In this document: one piece after another, positions 61,527 through 64,000 of the stretch | Numbering within the stretch: position 1 is the first letter of the stretch | Layout: the number at the start of each line of letters is the position of its first letter | IMG/VR virus record: IMGVR_UViG_3300009688_000445 | DNA length: 64,000 nt | Direction: 5' to 3' (one strand) | Source of the DNA: an uncultured virus (IMG/VR IMGVR_UViG_3300009688_000445) | Lineage: Duplodnaviria > Heunggongvirae > Uroviricota > Caudoviricetes | The notes under the pieces: model-generated | Database searches by the model: none | Seen by the model: the letters and a program-made list of their open reading frames with translations, nothing else | Told to the model about the DNA's origin: nothing | Translations under genes and position numbers: made by a program

Positions 61527-63938
61527 TTATAATATATACCAATTTCCGGAAGAACCATCTATAACCTGCAAATTTTCATAACTATTCACAGTTTGTGTTA
61601 ATTCATTATCTATAGTTTCAGTTCCATTACCAGCTACTGTAATAACTCCTGTTCCTATGTTTTTAATATGAAATACTTTACCTGTTCCTGTTGCTGCTGG
61701 TAGTGTAGCTGTAAATGTACCATTACACAAAATTACATCATCAGTATTTAATATTGTATAGGTGGTTGTTTGTGTTGTAATATTAAACGATAAATGCCCT
61801 AATGCTGTATATTCTGCTGCTGTTAAATAATAATATTCATCAATTGCCCCACCTTGTAATCCAGGTAAACCATTATGTGGAAATACACTACTTAGAGTAG
61901 TTTCTTGCGCTAATGGCATAATTACTGTCGCGGTACTATCACCTTTTTTAACAATTATTTTTCCGACTAAAACACAAAAATTTTGTATAGCTGGTGGTAA
62001 AGGATCTGGTTCTAGACTTGCTACTGCTTGTTCTAATGTATAATCACCTTGTCCTAAAACTGATACTGGTCGTTGAACAACATTTACTGGATCTGCCGAA
62101 AATCCCCTATAAATCCAGTTAACAGCATATCTATTATTTGTAAGAGTAACTAAATTTGTTCCATTATCGTATTGTGTATTATTATAAGTAGTAGACGTTG
62201 TTCTTGTCCACGTACCGCTACTATGATACCAAAGAGCTATATATTGACCTGCTACATTAGATTGCACTTCTGGTAAATCTAAATATGCTGCTCCATACCA
62301 AATTCTACCCTCAGTTATATTTACTAGTCTAGTTGCAACTTCAGATAGTATTAACCCACCTTTTTCTACAGTAAACTGTTCTGTTTTTACTAATCTATCA
62401 CATAATTTATTAGATAATCCCTTGGCCATTTCATCCCAAAAGATATACAAAATTGTTCCTAATAGATTAAATACACTAAGAACCGGTATTATATCACTTT
62501 GATTTATAGCCTCCATATCATCTATTAATTCTAATTGTGGTGAACCAGAATTATAATTAGCTACTATATAATGATTAATACCATCATCTGGTATTGTAAA
62601 AGTATCACCAGAAATAGTATACTTATTTAAAGTATTTTCTGTATATGTTGAATCTGAATATAATAGATATTCTCCTTGACCGACTGTTATTATCCCTGTG
62701 CTACTACCAACTATAGTTGGTGCTGTGAATACCCCAGAGCTATCATAAAATATATATTCTGGTAATTCTGTTATATGATCAAAAGCAGGGTGTACTACGC
62801 CAGTACTACTATTTTTTCCAATTGCGATTCTTCCAATATAAACACAATGATCTCTTAGTACTAAAGGAGGAGTTGGTGGGAGTTCTTGATAAGTTTCATC
62901 TGTGTTATAATATTGAATCTGTCCTAATGTGTAAAATACCTGTTTAACATCGCCAATGCTTCTATAAAAGAATCTATTAGAAAATCTATTATCTGTCATT
63001 AAAACAGCATTTGTACCGTTATCATAATATTGATTATCGTAAACAGAAACATTAGTATATGTCCAATTTCCTCCAACATGATTAACTTGAGTTAATAAAT
63101 CTGTACTTGAATTAAATGTAGAAACTACATAAGGTGTAGCAGCTGCATATACAATAGATGCACTGACCAAGATTGTTCTAGCTATAGGAGAAGAACTTTC
63201 AGATAAAATTAACCCACCATCGATACTTCTATTATAAGATTGAGTATTATATAACATTCTATTTATTTTATTTGCAAGACCCATTCCATATGCATCTTCA
63301 TCAACAGAATGTATTACTGAGTCTTGCCTCCAACAAATAAGCAATGTTACAATAGAACTTCCATTTATAAGAGCTTTATTTGTTTCTACTCTCATAATTG
63401 GTGAACCAGAATTATAGTCTGCAACTACATATTCTTCCGATCCTTCTGTAAAAGTAAAAGTATCGCCAGCAATAGTATATTTTGCTGCAGGTTCCACAAA
63501 ATCAGTATTATTGAATAATACTACATCTGTAGATGATATAGTTGCTGTACCATCGCCATTATCTGTCAATACCGGGGTTGTTATTGGTCCAGCATTTCTA
63601 TAATGCTAGTGTCCTGTGGAAGTAAAAAAAGTAGAATTATGCCCTTCTAATTGATGTGAATTATCTACAATACCATCGTTGTTGGTATCGTAAATATACT
63701 TAAACATATCACCCGGAGCACCTGTTTCTGCAGTTATAGCAGACCAAGTTATAGGTGAAATTGCAATAAGCATCCACAAAGAATTGTTATCAGTTTGTCG
63801 TGCTAGTTTTCCAATATCAGTAGAATCGAAACTGATATCAGCTTCTCTAGTAGTTCTAGAACTATATTCAAAAGAATATGGTATATGAATACCACAACTA
63901 GTAGTTAGACTTTCATGATAAATGCTTGTAAGTGCCAT
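61527..63938 (-). CDS. Fibre/decoration-like protein with two ~280-aa internal repeats, interrupted by one in-frame TAG at 63606-63608
   Basis: ORFs 63606..63938 and 61527..63569 are in one frame, joined by TAG + 12 sense codons. C-terminus has TLPAATGTG..IKN...ETID fibre-type module. Confidence 0.65.
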
Positions 63939-64000
63939 ATTTATACATACACTATATTTTCATGATTACAAATAATAATACTATTATTTGAGGATAAAAC

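Noticed and set aside
2740..61581. All plus-strand ORFs and short alternative-frame minus-strand ORFs in the track
   Set aside because: They are short shadows overlapping longer, motif-bearing minus-strand genes and have no recognisable motifs.
1..64000. Genome-wide TAG reassignment (code 15 or pyrrolysine)
   Set aside because: Very long ORFs (1743, 1006+, 966 aa) contain no internal TAG, and about ten genes end plausibly at TAG. Only two suspicious internal cases were found.
1..64000. tRNA, rRNA or structured ncRNA genes
   Set aside because: Intergenic gaps are short and very AT-rich; only terminator-like hairpins were seen. A covariance-model scan was not possible.

Overview
A very AT-rich 64-kb segment in which every credible gene lies on the minus strand. 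It is the virion-morphogenesis (late) region of a large contractile-tailed bacteriophage. In transcription order (64000 to 1): fibre/decoration-like proteins, LamG lectin proteins, an HNH endonuclease, neck/terminator genes, tail sheath, a free-standing PD-(D/E)XK endonuclease, tail tube, a chaperone pair with a -1 slippery site, tape measure, hub, spike, gp25-like and baseplate-J wedge genes. Then comes a ~21-kb block of 23 glycan genes plus one more glycosyltransferase among the baseplate genes (about ten glycosyltransferases, a Maf/DUF115-like transferase, Uxs, RmlD, a CDP-paratose-epimerase-like enzyme, methyltransferases, radical SAM, AsnB-like amidotransferase). A >1000-codon tail fibre gene, missed by the ORF track, runs off the window edge. 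No capsid, portal or terminase gene is recognisable here. Strongest novel signal: the tetrapeptide TSTG occurs 19 times by manual count (plus SSTG/TSSG variants) across 11 structural ORFs, uses all six Ser codons, and is absent from the enzymes. With the soluble, flippase-free glycan cluster, this suggests a phage-encoded, sequon-directed virion O-glycosylation system (inference, untested). Also seen: two in-frame amber codons that appear to interrupt genes, one apparent frameshift, and a recurring putative late promoter. All protein family calls are from motif recognition by eye, not database searches.
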